Assembly: GCA_028023455.1 (NCBI GenBank)
Contig: JAQFVV010000010.1
Span: 5,704,001-5,768,000, forward strand
Origin: Epiperipatus broadwayi
Taxonomy: Eukaryota > Animalia > Onychophora
DNA: 64,000 nt
Reading direction: 5' to 3'
The notes beneath the pieces were generated by a model. It was not told the DNA's origin. It saw only the letters and a program-made list of their open reading frames with translations, and searched no databases. Positions 12,236-25,700 of this stretch are shown piece after piece (within the stretch, counting starts at the first letter, position 1; each line of letters opens with the position of its first letter). The position numbers and the translations under genes are program-made.

Positions 12236-15200
12236 TTATGCTATGCGCTATGGCTTCTCCTTTTTCAGAGTCAGGAAACTCTCAGCCCAATGCCCAGAGA
12301 AACCTGTTAGCCATTTTCTCTTCCCATTTCCAACCATGTTTTTCCCATATTCTTCTCTATCCTACTCCATCCCATTTCCACAACATAATCTTTGTCAACT
12401 TCATGACTTTTATATCTAAACCCCCCTTCTCTTTTCCCAAATTCAGCATAAAAACCAAGAGCCCACTTTCTGTATAATCACTATGTTTATATATATTCTC
12501 CCACAACATTATTTGTACCCTTTCTACTTGCAGTCATTTACATTCAATTAACAGATGCCTATAACTTGCAGTCTAAATCACCCATATTTTACCATTTATG
12601 TGTATATTCTCGTTGCTAAAGATCCTGTTTGAGCCTTAAATAGTAAATTATTTCCTTGCTATTATCATAAATTAACTTGCATCCAATATTCTGTTTACTT
12701 CTATATATAATTAAACTCTTTTTACTTCCCATACTAATTCTCCATCTCTCTATTTTTTATTAATGCATCTACTCTTCTATCACATTCCTTGCCATTATAA
12801 TACTCAACAATTCTCCTAATACATACAACCCACATTTTGTGTAAGTATACTGACATAAATTCTTTATCCAAATCTTTTGCATACCGAACTATCTTTCTCA
12901 TGTCTATCCTTTTCTCATAAGCCAATTAAATACCATTTTGGCTATTCTCATATTATCCATAATTTGCAATTTACTGAACATTTTCATTTTGCTTTTTACA
13001 TCTCTCATATGTGATGTGATGCACTGTGACTTCTCCTTATATGGAGTTAGGAAGATTTCAACAACTATGGCCAGAGAAAACTGTTAGCCACTTTGACTTC
13101 CCTTTCCATTTCCCACTCTAAGTTTTCCCATATTCTTCTCTATCCTGCTCCATCCCATTTCCACAACATAAACTTTGTCAACTCCATGGCCTTTATATCT
13201 AAATCCCCCTTATCTTTTCCCAAACCCAGCATAAAAACCAACAAGTCACTTTCTGTATAAACAGTTTGTTTACATTTATTCTTCCACAACTTCATTATTC
13301 GTACTCTTTCTGCTTTCAGGCATTTACATTCAAATTAAAAGATGCCTAATACTTTCTATGCCTTCCTTACACAACTTGCAGACTAAATCAACCATATTTT
13401 TCCATTAATGTGTACTGTATATTCTCTTTTTGCTAAAAATCCCATTTGAGCCTTAAACAGTAAACTACATTCCTTGCTATTATCATAAATTAACTCGCAC
13501 CCAATATTGTTTACATCTATAAATATTTAAACACTTTTTACTCTCCATATCTCCCTATTCTTTATTAATGCATCTATTCTTCTATCTCATTTCTTAACAC
13601 TATATATAAGACTCAACAATTCTCCTAACACAATCATCCCACCTTTTGTATAAAATATACCGACATAAATTCTTTATCTAAATCTTCTGCATATCACATT
13701 ACCTTTCACACCCATCTTGTTGCCTGCCCTTTATTCATAACCCAATTAAATACTGTTTTGGCTATTCTTTTATTATCCATGAACTGCAATCTACCAAACA
13801 TTTTCATTTTGCTTTTTGCATCCCTCATATAAAAACTTGACCATCCAATTTCTCCTTGGATTGCCTCCTTTGCTATCCACACTTCTGCATCTAATGCATT
13901 TCTTCCTACTTCTCTTTGTACTTTTTCTAAGTAATCTAATACCCTTTTACTAACACATAATGCATCATTACCGTATGTTAACTCTGCTACTGCCACATCC
14001 TTCCATACAATTCTAGCTACATCATATTTATTGTACAAGAACATTGTTGATTTCTTTGCTTCATTTATCAATTTTTTCTCCCATTCATCCAAGCAATTTC
14101 TCAGATTACTTAAGATGATTCCCAAATTGTTATATCTATTCACGACAGTTAACTTTATATCCCCCAGTAAAAATTCTTTGTCTTCCCTTTCCCCAGTACC
14201 CACCTTTGCGCAGGTGCCCAACATAACTTCCATATCTTCCCTTCTTTCTGCACACACAAAAAAACATGATCTGCAAATAAGACCTGACAATGTATATACT
14301 CCCTTACCACATATTAACGGTATTTCTATCTCTCTTCCTAGTCTTTCTATTGTTCCCTCCATTTCACCCAAATACAACAAAAACAAAATAGGTGACATGG
14401 GGCATCCTTGCTTTAGTCCCACCCCATTTTTAACTTTAACTGATTCTATATCCCCTAATTGATATGTATACTAATTATTTTCATACTTCTTAATAATATC
14501 CACTAAAGCTTCATCCATTCCCAAATTATATCCAGTCTATTTTTATTTACTCTATCATATGCCTTCTCTATATCTTTAAAACTCATATATAACTGTCTAC
14601 TTGAATTCCTACTCATATCCATAAGTTGTGTAACTATAAATAAACTATCTTCTATATGTCTACCTGACCTAAAACCTCTTTGCATTTCCACCACTACATT
14701 ATTTTCTTCCATCCATTTTGCAACTCTTCTAGCCACCATATATGAAAAAACTTTATATAAAACTGATGTTACCGCTATTGGTCTATAATTGTTTAACTTT
14801 CTATGATCCTTACCCTTTCCTTTAAATAATAATCTTAACTCTTGTATTACTCCAACTCAAAAAACCCTCTTCTGTGCCATCTTATTAAAACATGATAATA
14901 GCTTTATTTTTGCCCTATGCCCTAAATCAGAGGTCTCCAACCCTATGCCCGCGGGCACCATGGTGCCCGCAGACCATTTTATGTGTGCCCGCCGCTATCA
15001 GAACACAATAAAAAATTATTTAGCTGATACAAATAAATTTAATTTTTAAAATTTCTTATAAATTATTGTATTATATAGGGCATACTATACTTTTACAGCG
15101 TAAAAATATAAACGTTAATTATATGTTAAAATTTTATTTTTGAAATAAATATTTTTTTTGTACATTATGTGTATCATTAACAATATCCAACTATAAATTT

Positions 15201-16702
15201 ACATTGAAAAAATAAATGGTGCCCGCCACCTGGCCGGTATTATAGAATGTGCTCTTAAGTGCAAAAAGGTTGGGGACCCCTGCCCTAAATTCATTACCAT
15301 TTCTGCTGCCCATCTATATAAACCTTTTGCCTTTTCATATGAGATGATGATGAGATGCACTGCGATTTCTTTTTCAGAGCTCAGCTATCATGCCCAGAGA
15401 AACCTGCTTGTGATGTGATGCACTGTGACTTCTCCTTACACGGAGTCAGGATACTCTCAGCCATTATGCCCAGAGAATCCTGTTAGCCACTTCACCTTTC
15501 CTTTCCATTCTCCACATTAAGCTTTCCCATAATCTGTTCCATCCCATTTCCACAACAATCTTTGTCAACTCCATGGCTTTCACATCTAAATCCCCCCTTA
15601 ACTTTTCCCAGACCCAGCATAAAAACCAATAACCCACTTTCTATATAATCACTTTGTTCATATTTATTCTTCCATAACTTCATTATTTGTACCCTTTCTG
15701 GTTTCAAGCATTTACATTGAATTAACAGATGCCTAATATTTTCTTTGCCTTCCTTACACAACTTGCAGACTAAATCACCCATATTTTTCCATTTACGTGT
15801 ATATTCCCTTGTTGCTAAAGATCCCGTTCGAGCCTTAAACAATAAACTACTTTCCTTGCTATTATCATAAATTATTTCGCACCCAATGTCCCATTTACTT
15901 CTATATATATATATATATTTAAACTCTTTATTCCCCATCTTTCCAACTCTCTATTCTTTATTAATGCATCTATTCTTTTATCGCATTCCTTGCCACTATA
16001 AAACTCAACAATCCTCCTAACATAATCATTTCACATTTTGTACAAGTATCCACCAACTTAAACTTTATACCCCCCAATAAAAATTCTGCATCTTCTCTTT
16101 CCTCATTATTAATCATCATTATATTTGATTTTTCTTCACAAAATTTAATCCCCATCTCTTTACCCACCCTTGCACATGTCCTCAGCATAACTTCCATATC
16201 TTCTCTTCTTTCTGCACACAAAAAAATATCATTCGCAAAAAAAAAAGACCCGCAAAATATATACTCCCTTGCCACCATTAATGGTATCTCTATCCCTTTT
16301 CCTATTGCTTTCTCCATTTCACTCAAATAAAATAGGTGACATAGAGAGCATCCTCGCCTTAATCCACCCCATTTTTAACTGATTTTATAACCCTTAATTG
16401 GTAAGTATAGTATTTATTTTCATATAATTTCTTAATAATATTTACTAAAGCTTCATCCATTCCCAAATTTGCTAACCTTACCCATAATCTATTTACTCTA
16501 TCATATGCCCTCTCTACATCTATAAAACTCATATATAACGATCTACCTGAATTCCTACTCATATCCATAAGTTGTTTAACTACAAATAAACTATCTCCTA
16601 TACGCCTATCTGACCTAAAACCTCCTTGCATTCCCCCCACTACATTATTCTCTTCCATCCACTTTACAACCTTTCCAGCCACCATATATGAGAAAACTTT
16701 AT
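12236..16702 (-). mobile_element. Head-to-tail array of four 5'-truncated copies of one non-LTR retrotransposon family (RT plus C-terminal CCHC; RTE-X-like, clade uncertain)
   Basis: ORF track shows QRGFRSGR, FIDVERAYDRV, GLKQGCPMSPILF, IQGEIGWSSF, YDNSKESSLLFKARTGSL and CKLC-EGKENIRHLLIQC. Four 3' ends with (CATCA/CATCG)-like tails. Copies at about 12236-13010, 13011-15340, 15341-15408 and 15409-16702. Confidence 0.85.
14928..15282. mobile_element. hAT-family MITE inserted into a LINE copy
   Basis: TIRs CAGAGGTCTCCAACC / GGTTGGGGACCCCTG; perfect 8-bp TSD CCCTAAAT at 14920-14927 and 15283-15290. Confidence 0.9.
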
Positions 16703-17149
16703 GTTCAGATTTAAGTGACCTCCACCGTTACAACATAAGATTCACGAGAAAGTAAAAAAATATTAACTTTGATGGATTAATGATCACTACGAATATGTCG
16801 TTCAAACAAGCAACACAAAAAGTCTTCAAAACATTTGATAATCCAATATATTTAAAAAATAGTAAAATGCTTCAAATAAAAACAATGTATTTAATACAAT
16901 GTATATTTATATTTTACTAAAAAATTTATAAATGAACTATTTTAAGATGACTTTCATTGGATATATAGTTATTAAAAATTACCAAAATTTATATAAGATA
17001 AATTAAAAAAACTAATTATTAGTAAAAAAAAAAGAATATTAATTATTTACATCATCTCTTTTTTCGTGATAACTTTAAATAACAACCGTAAAAATTTAAA
17101 CGTTGCAATTCCTAATTACCCTTTGCGCAACATCTAAATGATGAACTAA

Positions 17150-17235
17150 TTCGGCTCGCTGAGACGATTATCACGTGTTGATCAGCTGGTTTGCGAAACT
17201 AGTGCCATCTTTTCAAAATACGAAAACTCCCGAAC
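17150..17235 (+). promoter_or_regulatory. Putative proximal promoter of the cystatin-domain gene
   Basis: Locally CpG-containing island just upstream of the ATG. E-boxes TCACGTG (17171-17177) and CAGCTG (17183-17188), and a GCCATCTT YY1-like motif near 17204. Motif matches only. Confidence 0.4.
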
Positions 17236-17472
17236 ATGGCGATAATGTTTTACAATGTCAAATTTTCAATTTTTTTGATATTTGTTGTTTATTTTTGTAC
17301 CAATACTGCACATTCTGCTGATTTACCTTCTGATTATAATGAAAAAAAGTCATCATTAACTAACGATCCTCAGTTAGCGAATGTTGCAAATTATGCCTCG
17401 AAAGTAATTAGCGATACTAGAAATAATCCTTACCTTTTAAAATTAACAAAAATAATTAAAGCCGAATCAGAG
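17236..17472 (+). CDS. Multi-domain cystatin-like protein, exon 1 (signal peptide and start of domain 1)
   Basis: ATG, hydrophobic signal peptide (SIFLIFVVYFCTNTAHS), cystatin helix LANVANYASKVIS...LTKIIKAESE, then donor GAG|GTTAGT, phase 0 (79 codons). Confidence 0.85.
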
Positions 17473-17969
17473 GTTAGTTTGTTTTCAAAATGCATTTTTA
17501 TTATTCTTTTGAAATATCCCATAGATATAAGTTTATTTTAAATTTAAAAAACAACTTATAATTCATTTTTAATTACGAGTATTTTCAAAAATTCGGATTT
17601 ACATTTTAATTCAATTGTTTTCGATTTCTTAAAACTGAATATTATAGTATATTCACCGAATGCTATTGAAAATACTTATTGTAGTGTTCTTTGATTAGTT
17701 TTGTATTAATTTTTTTTCTTTTAATCTGAAATATCTGTAGATATATATTTCTTTGAATAGAGTTCATTCTAAAACTAAAACTGAAGATTTCGATTTATCG
17801 TATTTAAGTATAAAATGATTCTTTTCTTTAGTTTGTTTATTTTCTTTATAAAAAAATTTAAAAATTATTCTGTTTTAAAAGCGATTTTTTTTTTCACTTC
17901 CTTTTCAAAGTCCAAATTTATTTTAAATGTTATAAATATTTTGACCAGGAAAAAAAAATGCGGAATTGC

Positions 17970-19680
17970 TTCCATTTATATGGAATTTGTGAACTCATCT
18001 AAAAAGACATGGGTGGAAGAGGGGGAAATACTGTGTATATAACTATAAATTGTGTTTAAAAAAGCAACAGATAGACTTTGCGGCTGCCTTTGACTCCGTG
18101 ATGCCAGCAAAAATGCTATCCTTGCTAAGGCACTATGGAGTACCTATTGTTTATGTTAAAATCATTGCTAACTTGTTGCTAAACAGGTCGATTCACACAT
18201 CACTTGATGGATCCCTGGCCTTTGGTTTCAGACCACATCTATCAATCCCCCAGAGGTCCCTACTAAGCACCCTCTGTTTCATTACCTATCTGAATCCTCT
18301 ACTAGATGTGGAAAAAGAACTACCAGGAGTCTTTGTGCAGGCGCTAAGGGAGGAACTCCACCACATTTCATATGTGGATGATGTTACCATCTTCCTCCCT
18401 TCTGAGAAATACCTGCCAAGGCTATAGCAACTGCTGGACAGATATGCTGGCATATTTAATGTGGCTGTTAACCCAGACAAATCTGTGGTCTGGAAAATCA
18501 GTAGAGGTGTTACAGTACCATCTAGATCTATGGGAAATCCACAGAAATTCCTTGAGTTTCTGATGGCTCTCTCCAAAACAGCAATGAGGAGGGCCATCCA
18601 GCAGGATCTTTTGACAAAACCAAGAAGATAAACTCCCTCTCAATGATATCCCTCTCATTCCCAGGCAAGGTGGCATTGTTAAATATGATGGTGTTTCCGC
18701 GTATAAACTACTACTTGCCCATCTTCAAACCAACCAAGGGATTTCAGGATGCTGTAAATTCAGCCTGCACCAAGATGATGTGGAAGAGAAAAACTGTATC
18801 CATCAGTCTGGCCAAGATGCAGAGACCACGTGACCTGAATGGACTTGGTCTCCATGCTGTCAAGGTGTTTTTTGTTGAAAGAGCACTTTCAATGCTCAGA
18901 AAAATCCACAATAAAAGAGAACAGGATCAGAGTGAAGACTCTGTGCAGCCCACAGTTACACCACCACCCATACCCAGTAAATGGGTCAAAGCGCTACAAG
19001 ATCAACTGGGGACTCTATTTTCAGTTACTGAGCAAATCGAGAAACCTAAGCAATCATACCGGGAAGTGTACAACCTCATTTTCTCAAATCAAAACCCGAT
19101 ATCTACCCAATTAAGACTGTCAGTGAAACAAATGCTCAGGAAGTCAAGATACTGGTGGATAGGACCAAAGCTGGTTGATTTTATAATCAAGTTTAACTTG
19201 TCCTCTTTGCCCACCAGTCACTTTTTGGTGATGCAAAGAGGATTTCGTCAAATAAGCCCTATGTGTAAACTTTGAAATATGCATGAAGAAACACTGGAGC
19301 ACATCTTCTATGCTTGCTCATACTTGAATTATACTAGAAACAAAATTATTGCAAGCATTTCCTCTGGCTGTGGCAATGTCCTATCAATTGATCAAGCAAT
19401 TAAAGAAAAAAACTATGCAACTATCAGGCTAGCGGCATGCCTACTACATGCCTTATGGATCACCAAATCGCTTCCTTGTGCCAGAGCTTCTCTTTGTAGA
19501 CACATGAGCACAGAATACCATATCTGACGATGAGACGACATCTCAGACTACTGCACTAAATATTATGATGACAACCCACACAGATTGGTTGCAAAGCTTT
19601 AAACTTCTATATGAAACTATTGTAATTAGCAAATGTAGCTACCTGACACTGTAAATTTTTTCTTAATAAAAAAAAAAAAA
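17970..19680 (+). mobile_element. 5'-truncated L1/Tx1-like LINE (RT plus CCHC) with poly(A) tail, in intron 1
   Basis: IDFAAAFDSV, SYVDDVTIFL, KVALLNMMVFPRINYY, QRPRDLNGLGL, C-LC..EETLEHIFYAC. Ends in AATAAA-A run at ~19666-19680. Few disruptions; 5' end approximate. Confidence 0.85.
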
Positions 19681-19983
19681 TTAAATTGCTTTAATACTTT
19701 GTGCCGCCTCAGTAATTCTTTATTTTTTTTAAATATTACGAATTTGAAATTGAAAGATTTAAAGTTACAAGTTTTGAATTCAAGATTAGCTTAAAATCTA
19801 TTTTTAGTGTAACTTTGTAATAATTATAGTAAATTAACATAAATCAATGTATATGTAGTTAATTGAATACAATGTATACAATCAGATTTAATTAATAACA
19901 TTTTGGTCATAGACTGATTTTTTTTTAAAAAAAGCTTATATCAATACTATATATATATATTTTAAAACAGTAGCAACTGTATA

Positions 19984-20140
19984 CAGTAGTACCACCCTGA
20001 CCAAACTATAGTAATCAGTAGATGCAAGAAGGTTAGTTCATCAATATTCCTTTCTAGTGCCTGCTTATCCAAAATCTCCAGACTAGTTTTTAGCTTGTAT
20101 TCTTCATCAATAAGATGACTGATACTGAGTGACACTACTG
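19984..20140. mobile_element. Small Tc1/mariner (pogo/Tigger-like) MITE
   Basis: Termini TA|CAGTAGT...ACTACTG|TA with imperfect inner match. Confidence 0.5.
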
Positions 20141-20149
20141 TATAGAGAC

Positions 20150-20600
20150 AGTTGATGATATCTTTCTGTGCACAGAAAGTAGGGAAGATATAGAAGTTAT
20201 GCTGAAGATGTGTGCAAGGATGGATGGGATTAAATTTAGTGAAGAAAAATCAAAAGTAATGATAAATGCTGGGGAAAGAGAAGAGAATTTTTATTGGGAG
20301 TTATAAAATTAAAGGTGGTAAATAATTATAACTATTTGGAAATAGACTTAAGTAATCAGAGAAATTGCTTGGATGAATGGGAGAAAAAAATGATAAATGA
20401 AGCAAAGAAAAGAAAGGGATTGATGAAGAAATTAACTGTCTTCATATAATAAACATGATGTAGCAAGAATTGTATGGGAGTGGCAGTAGCAGGGTTAATT
20501 TATGATAACGATGTGTTATGTTAGTAAAGGGTGTTAGATTACTTAGAAAAAGTACATAGGAAGACATGCATTAGATGCAGATGTGTAGGCAGCAAAAGAG
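20150..20600 (+). mobile_element. Fragment of the same non-LTR family as 12.2-16.7 kb
   Basis: Nucleotide match to the RT region (DDI..CAE..EDIEVML, DVARIVW) of those copies. Confidence 0.75.
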
Positions 20601-20639
20601 TCAATTTATTGGGTTCAGTTTAAATTTATTCACCTTTTC

Positions 20640-21400
20640 TGTGAATAATTCAGAGTATAATTTTTTTTATAACATATTAATCAATAGTTTTCTTTATGCA
20701 AGAAATTGATGTCTCAATCATTTGTGCTCTTAAATTGGTTTATTATCGTTATTTATAAACCACAAAAAAGCTTCGACACATATTTTCATCTTTACATTTT
20801 CAAGCAGTTTGTAACTTAAAAAGGAATATGGATTCCATTTACATCATTTGCAATTAGTTTTCTGACTATATTTTTAATATAATGATAATGTTTTGTAATT
20901 TTATTCTGCATTTTTATTGGAACATCTGTGATTCTAATATCATTATTGATTTCTGACTCATTATTTTCATCAATTTACCAACAGGTTTTATTTTATATTT
21001 CTTAGTTTTTATAATATGAATATCAACTTTTTTCCATAATTTTATTAATCATGTTCAAATGTTTATTTGATAGCATATTATTCATAGTACAATAAAATAT
21101 ACTAAGTAATATTATTAACCACATCATGAGCATATTATATTCTGGCAGTTGTAAACTAAATGATCTTTCTGACTACAACTTTCATTTATTTCTTTCATAT
21201 TTTTTTATTTTTATTATTGTATGTTTTTATTTCTCTATTTTAAAATCAAAGTTGATGTTTTAGTCATTTGTTATGATCAAAACATAATGAGTAAAAGGAT
21301 TTCTCATGCATATGAATTTATAAAACTTATTTTATTTAAACATTAGTTTAATAAAATAGATATAGAAATATGTGCTTCAGTTTTCATATTTATTTTTATA
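20640..21400 (-). mobile_element. Possible highly decayed piggyBac-like transposase fragment
   Basis: Loose resemblance to the LP.Y..W / MS.NRF..I / YKI.P motif order; badly eroded. Confidence 0.25.
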
Positions 21401-22303
21401 TCATTGATACAAATAAATAATTACTTTCTTTAAAAATAACTATTTCAGAAAATCAATTGCTACTTTATTACAAATCACTGCAGTTGATATAAAAGCAGCA
21501 AGAAAATTTTCTCATCTCCAATGACAATCTGACATTCATTTGAATCATATTTTTATAAATAATGTAATATTATTGTTGATAAATATGTATAATAAAAAAT
21601 ATAAATGCAATGTAACAAACATTAAATCATTTTTTTACTAGATTAGAATATGCTTCAAAATTATTACATCAGTTAAAAAAATTGTTTTTGAATCATACAT
21701 TGATGTGGGCCCAATGACATCATCATTGTCATTAAAAATCATTTGTGAATAAGTTTTATTCCAATTTCAAAAAACAAAAAATAATAGAGAAAAACAAAAA
21801 ATATAAAGTTGGATAATAAAAAAAAAGAAAGAAAAGAAAAAGATACGTCAGAATTGCTGTGCATGTTATTAAAGAATAGAAGGATTTTTGCATGAAACAG
21901 ATAAAAGTATCAGACATCCTAAAAATTGCATGGAATTTGAAGGTTTTTTTTTATGGGAGATAAATCTTACTTGATTTATCAATTTTTTAAAATATCCATT
22001 AAGATTTATTTTTAAATCTATTTTTATTTTGTAATTCTTCCAGTATTTTTTATGTCATCCTAGCTTTATAATAATGTTATTTATTTGTTAAGTTTGATTA
22101 TTAAATATAGAAAAATTTCCTTTTTTTTTAATTATTTAATTTCATTTTTTTATTTATTTATTCAATTTATTTGATTATTGAATAATAAAGTTAATCAATT
22201 ATATTTTAGTTATTTCGATGTTTTAGTTTAGAATTATATTTTTTTTAGAAAAAAAACAAACAAATGAAATTTCATTGTTTTTTTTTTTAAAATTAAAATT
22301 CAG

Positions 22304-22417
22304 GTAGCTAATGACAGAGTTTATTTTCTTCGTCTTGAAGTTGCTTCAACTAATTGCTCCAAAGCTGAATATTCACACTTGAGTGATGAATGTGAAGTGA
22401 ATTATGAAAATGGAACG
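22304..22417 (+). CDS. Cystatin-like protein, exon 2 (domain 1 middle)
   Basis: Polypyrimidine tract and CAG acceptor; VANDRVYFLRLEVASTNCSKAEYSHLSDECEVNYENGT; donor ACG|GTAAGT; phase 0/0; cystatin T-x-C...C pattern. Confidence 0.85.
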
Positions 22418-23039
22418 GTAAGTAAATAGGCATGTTTGTGTATATGTATATATAGTAGATAAAAAGCAAAACAACCTTTAAAAACCCACATTACTCAACA
22501 GTTTTGCTCTATCGCTATCAGGTGGCTATGGCAAACTTATCGCATGCACAAATTATATTATTAATAGCCTATATTTTATTAAAATTATTTGTTAATAATT
22601 ATTACAAAATATTGTTTTGCATGGGAGAAATGAACAAAAATTGATTTTCCTCACAATAATGCATTCCTTATTTTTGATCACATGTTTATGCTTGTGTTGG
22701 TGACCAGCAAACGTATGTTGGCAGCATGCAAAAAAAGTGGCAAATGCATTATTTGTGCATAAGAGTACCAAACCTAGTACAGAAACTGTCACTATGATGT
22801 GGATGCATTTTAAGTATTATATTTATACAAATAAGAATTTTTAAAATTATTTTTTACAAAAAGATTTCTCAGTTGTTTTTAGAAATTTTTTTTTGCTATC
22901 TTACTTAATGTGGCAGTATAAGTAATAAACAAAAGTTATTGGAATCGAGTAGCAGAGAATTTCAAAGTTAGTGGATAGAAAAATACAGCATGATTAATAA
23001 GGGCAATTGACACCATAATATGCAAAACTTCATTAGTAA

Positions 23040-24640
23040 AACGATATTGTTAAATAAAACACAAATTTCTTCTTGATAAATGTATATAATAACAAAAAGA
23101 ATTTATTGCATAGACCATTAAAAATAGAATTGCTTAATCAATATCCCTAATTAAATATATCTGCAATCAAATATAACTACTGTTGCTTCTATTGTCTCAT
23201 ACATAATAGCCATACATGAAGAAATCTTTTAGCAATGGTGAATATTTAAAAGAATCATGGTTAAAATGTGCATCAGTTATTTTTGAAGATTTTTAAATTA
23301 AAAAATTATTTAAAGAATAAAAGATATGGTTTTGGCTGGGAATACAGTAAAAGATAGAACCTTAGAAATGGTTAAAAATATAAACCATCAGCAAAAAATA
23401 GATAAAAATCTTTGCATTTCATTTTTGTATTAATAATATCAATTCATTTAGCTATTTTTATTCATTACTGTGTTGGAAACAATATCAAGTAAGAATTAAT
23501 CAGTTTATCATCATTAGCAACAACAACAAAAAGTATAGATATTTGCATTGCAGTTGTAGGTATATTTCTGAAAAAGAAATAAATCTTTCCAAAATTATAT
23601 CAGTAACAACTGATTGTGCTTGAAGTTTGGTTGGACTAGAAAATGGTTTTGTTAGTTAATTTATCAAACATATTGGATATTCGGTTCTGGCTTTGCACTG
23701 CATTATACATCTACAGGCTTTATGTGCCAAGGCTAGTTTAAAGATACTGGAAGATATTGTGAACTTTGTAACAAAATTAATCAATTTTATATCTGAACAT
23801 GCTTTAAATAAATAAAAATTCCTGGGACTATTAAATGAAATTAACTCAATTAATGAATATGGAATGGTTTTCAAAATTAATGTTTTTTTTATTGCTTTGT
23901 GATTCTATTAAAATGAATTAAATTGCAAGATGTTAGTAAAACAATGATTGTCTTGTTTGATTTAATCACAACATTTAAAGTTAAATTATAAAATTTTAAT
24001 TGTGACATTATTTCAAATACCTATAAATATTTTTCAGATACTAAAAAAAAATTGTAGATATAAAATCATGAGAAACTAAATCAAGTTAAATTCATGCAAG
24101 AGTTTTCTACTATAATTCAATCAATGATTAACATTTTTTTTCAAGATTTCAGTCAATTATTTTGTGTCCAGAAATAACATCAACAGGTGAATTTAATTTG
24201 GAATTCTCAAGTGATTGAATTTGGAGGACATAAAATTGCAATTATTTGATTTTTAGTTCAGTTCTATATTGAAACAAACGTTTGTTAATTTGAAAATGAC
24301 TTGGGAAATGATTGAAAATGGGTGATTATTGGGTTTAATTAAAAAAAATACTGAAGAGGTAATATTAAAAACTTGGATTGCCATTCCTGGACTTTTCAGA
24401 TGTTTAAGAAGCATAGCAACAGTTTTATTATCAGTTTTTCCCTCTACTTATACACATAAATCATTATTTTCAGAAATTAATTTTATAAAAGAGAGATTTA
24501 GGAATATAGTGAACGATGAATCTAGTTTGATATGTATAATATTAAAAGTCACAAAATATGATCACGATATAAAGCATTTCAGCAGTAAACATCTTATTCA
24601 AAAATTTATATTTTTGACAGTTCATCTTTGTAAAATTCTA
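23040..24640 (+). mobile_element. Decayed hAT transposase, GTF2IRD2/EPM2AIP1 (Charlie/SPIN)-like
   Basis: KKSFSNGEYLKESWLKC near 23220; C-terminal WIAIPGLFRCLRSIATVLLSVFPSTYTHKSLFSEINFIK (ORF 24329..24646). Confidence 0.75.
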
Positions 24641-24959
24641 TACTAATTCTTAATATTATTACAATAAAATTCTGTAATTATTATTTTTTAACTAGTTTGT
24701 CCCTACTAAAAAACTGCTCAACATATCAGTCATTTGATAAATATTATTTACAAATTTTTGGAATGCATGCTTGCAAAAATTCACTACTATTGTTAACCAG
24801 ATATCTATTTCGGAAAACTGTGTCGGCTTTGGGCTAACTATCTGAAAAAAATTGAAATTTGAAAAAAAAATTTAAGTTTTACTAGCCTGAATTTGAACCT
24901 AAGTCATAGCTATGAATCATTACACAAACAGGATTTTATTGTATGTATATTCATAAAAT

Positions 24960-25700
24960 TATCATCACCACCAACTGCAGGCAAAGGCTCTCCGATAATT
25001 TTCCTATTTTATCAGCCCATCATAGCTCTTTTCTGAAAATATCTTTTGTTATTTATTGAAAATTGCATATGTTTATCAATTATCCACCTTCTTTTGATCT
25101 GAATTCTGTTTATTATCATTTAAGTTACTTTATTTTTCATTAAAATTCATAACATCACTCTGGAATTAAATCCACTTTTTCTATCAGTTTTTACTAATCT
25201 TAGCATAAGTTTGTCCCCAGCGAAAAGATGATTGGTTCTCTCCAAGTTGCTTGTATTGCCTTTTCATGTTTAATGCATATGACATAATAATATAATTTAG
25301 CTATTCATCACAAAAATTTTAAAGCATATCAGAATCATGAATTACAACATGAAATGTGACTGGGTTTCATATTCTCATAGCTTGTCTTCAGTGTTCTCTT
25401 TGTCACTATGAAATTTTGCAAAAGATTTGAAAACTTTCTTGCAACTTGTAGCATCATTGCCATGCACAGTTTGAATCATTTCAAATATTTCATTAGCAGT
25501 TTTGTGTAATTAAGACAGAATTTAATGTTAGAGCTCTGTTTCTTTGTGGGTAAACATGCTGTCACATTTCGTGCCATAATTCATGATCTAGATGAATTAC
25601 CGCCTTAAATGTTTGTTGAATAGCTAAATTATGCAACTAATTAATACACCATTAATTCAGACAGCGCTGAGAGAAAATCTATCATCTTTTCATTGATAGC
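24960..25700 (-). mobile_element. Decayed mariner transposase 5' half
   Basis: Minus frame KTANEIFEMIQTVHGNDATSCKKVFKSFAKFHSDKENTED matches the mariner HTH; further eroded motifs follow downstream. Confidence 0.7.

Noticed and set aside
24760-24925. Additional tRNA-derived SINEs (B-box-like GGTTCAAAT here and near 26232 and 48625)
   Set aside because: A-box, tail and TSD could not be defined.
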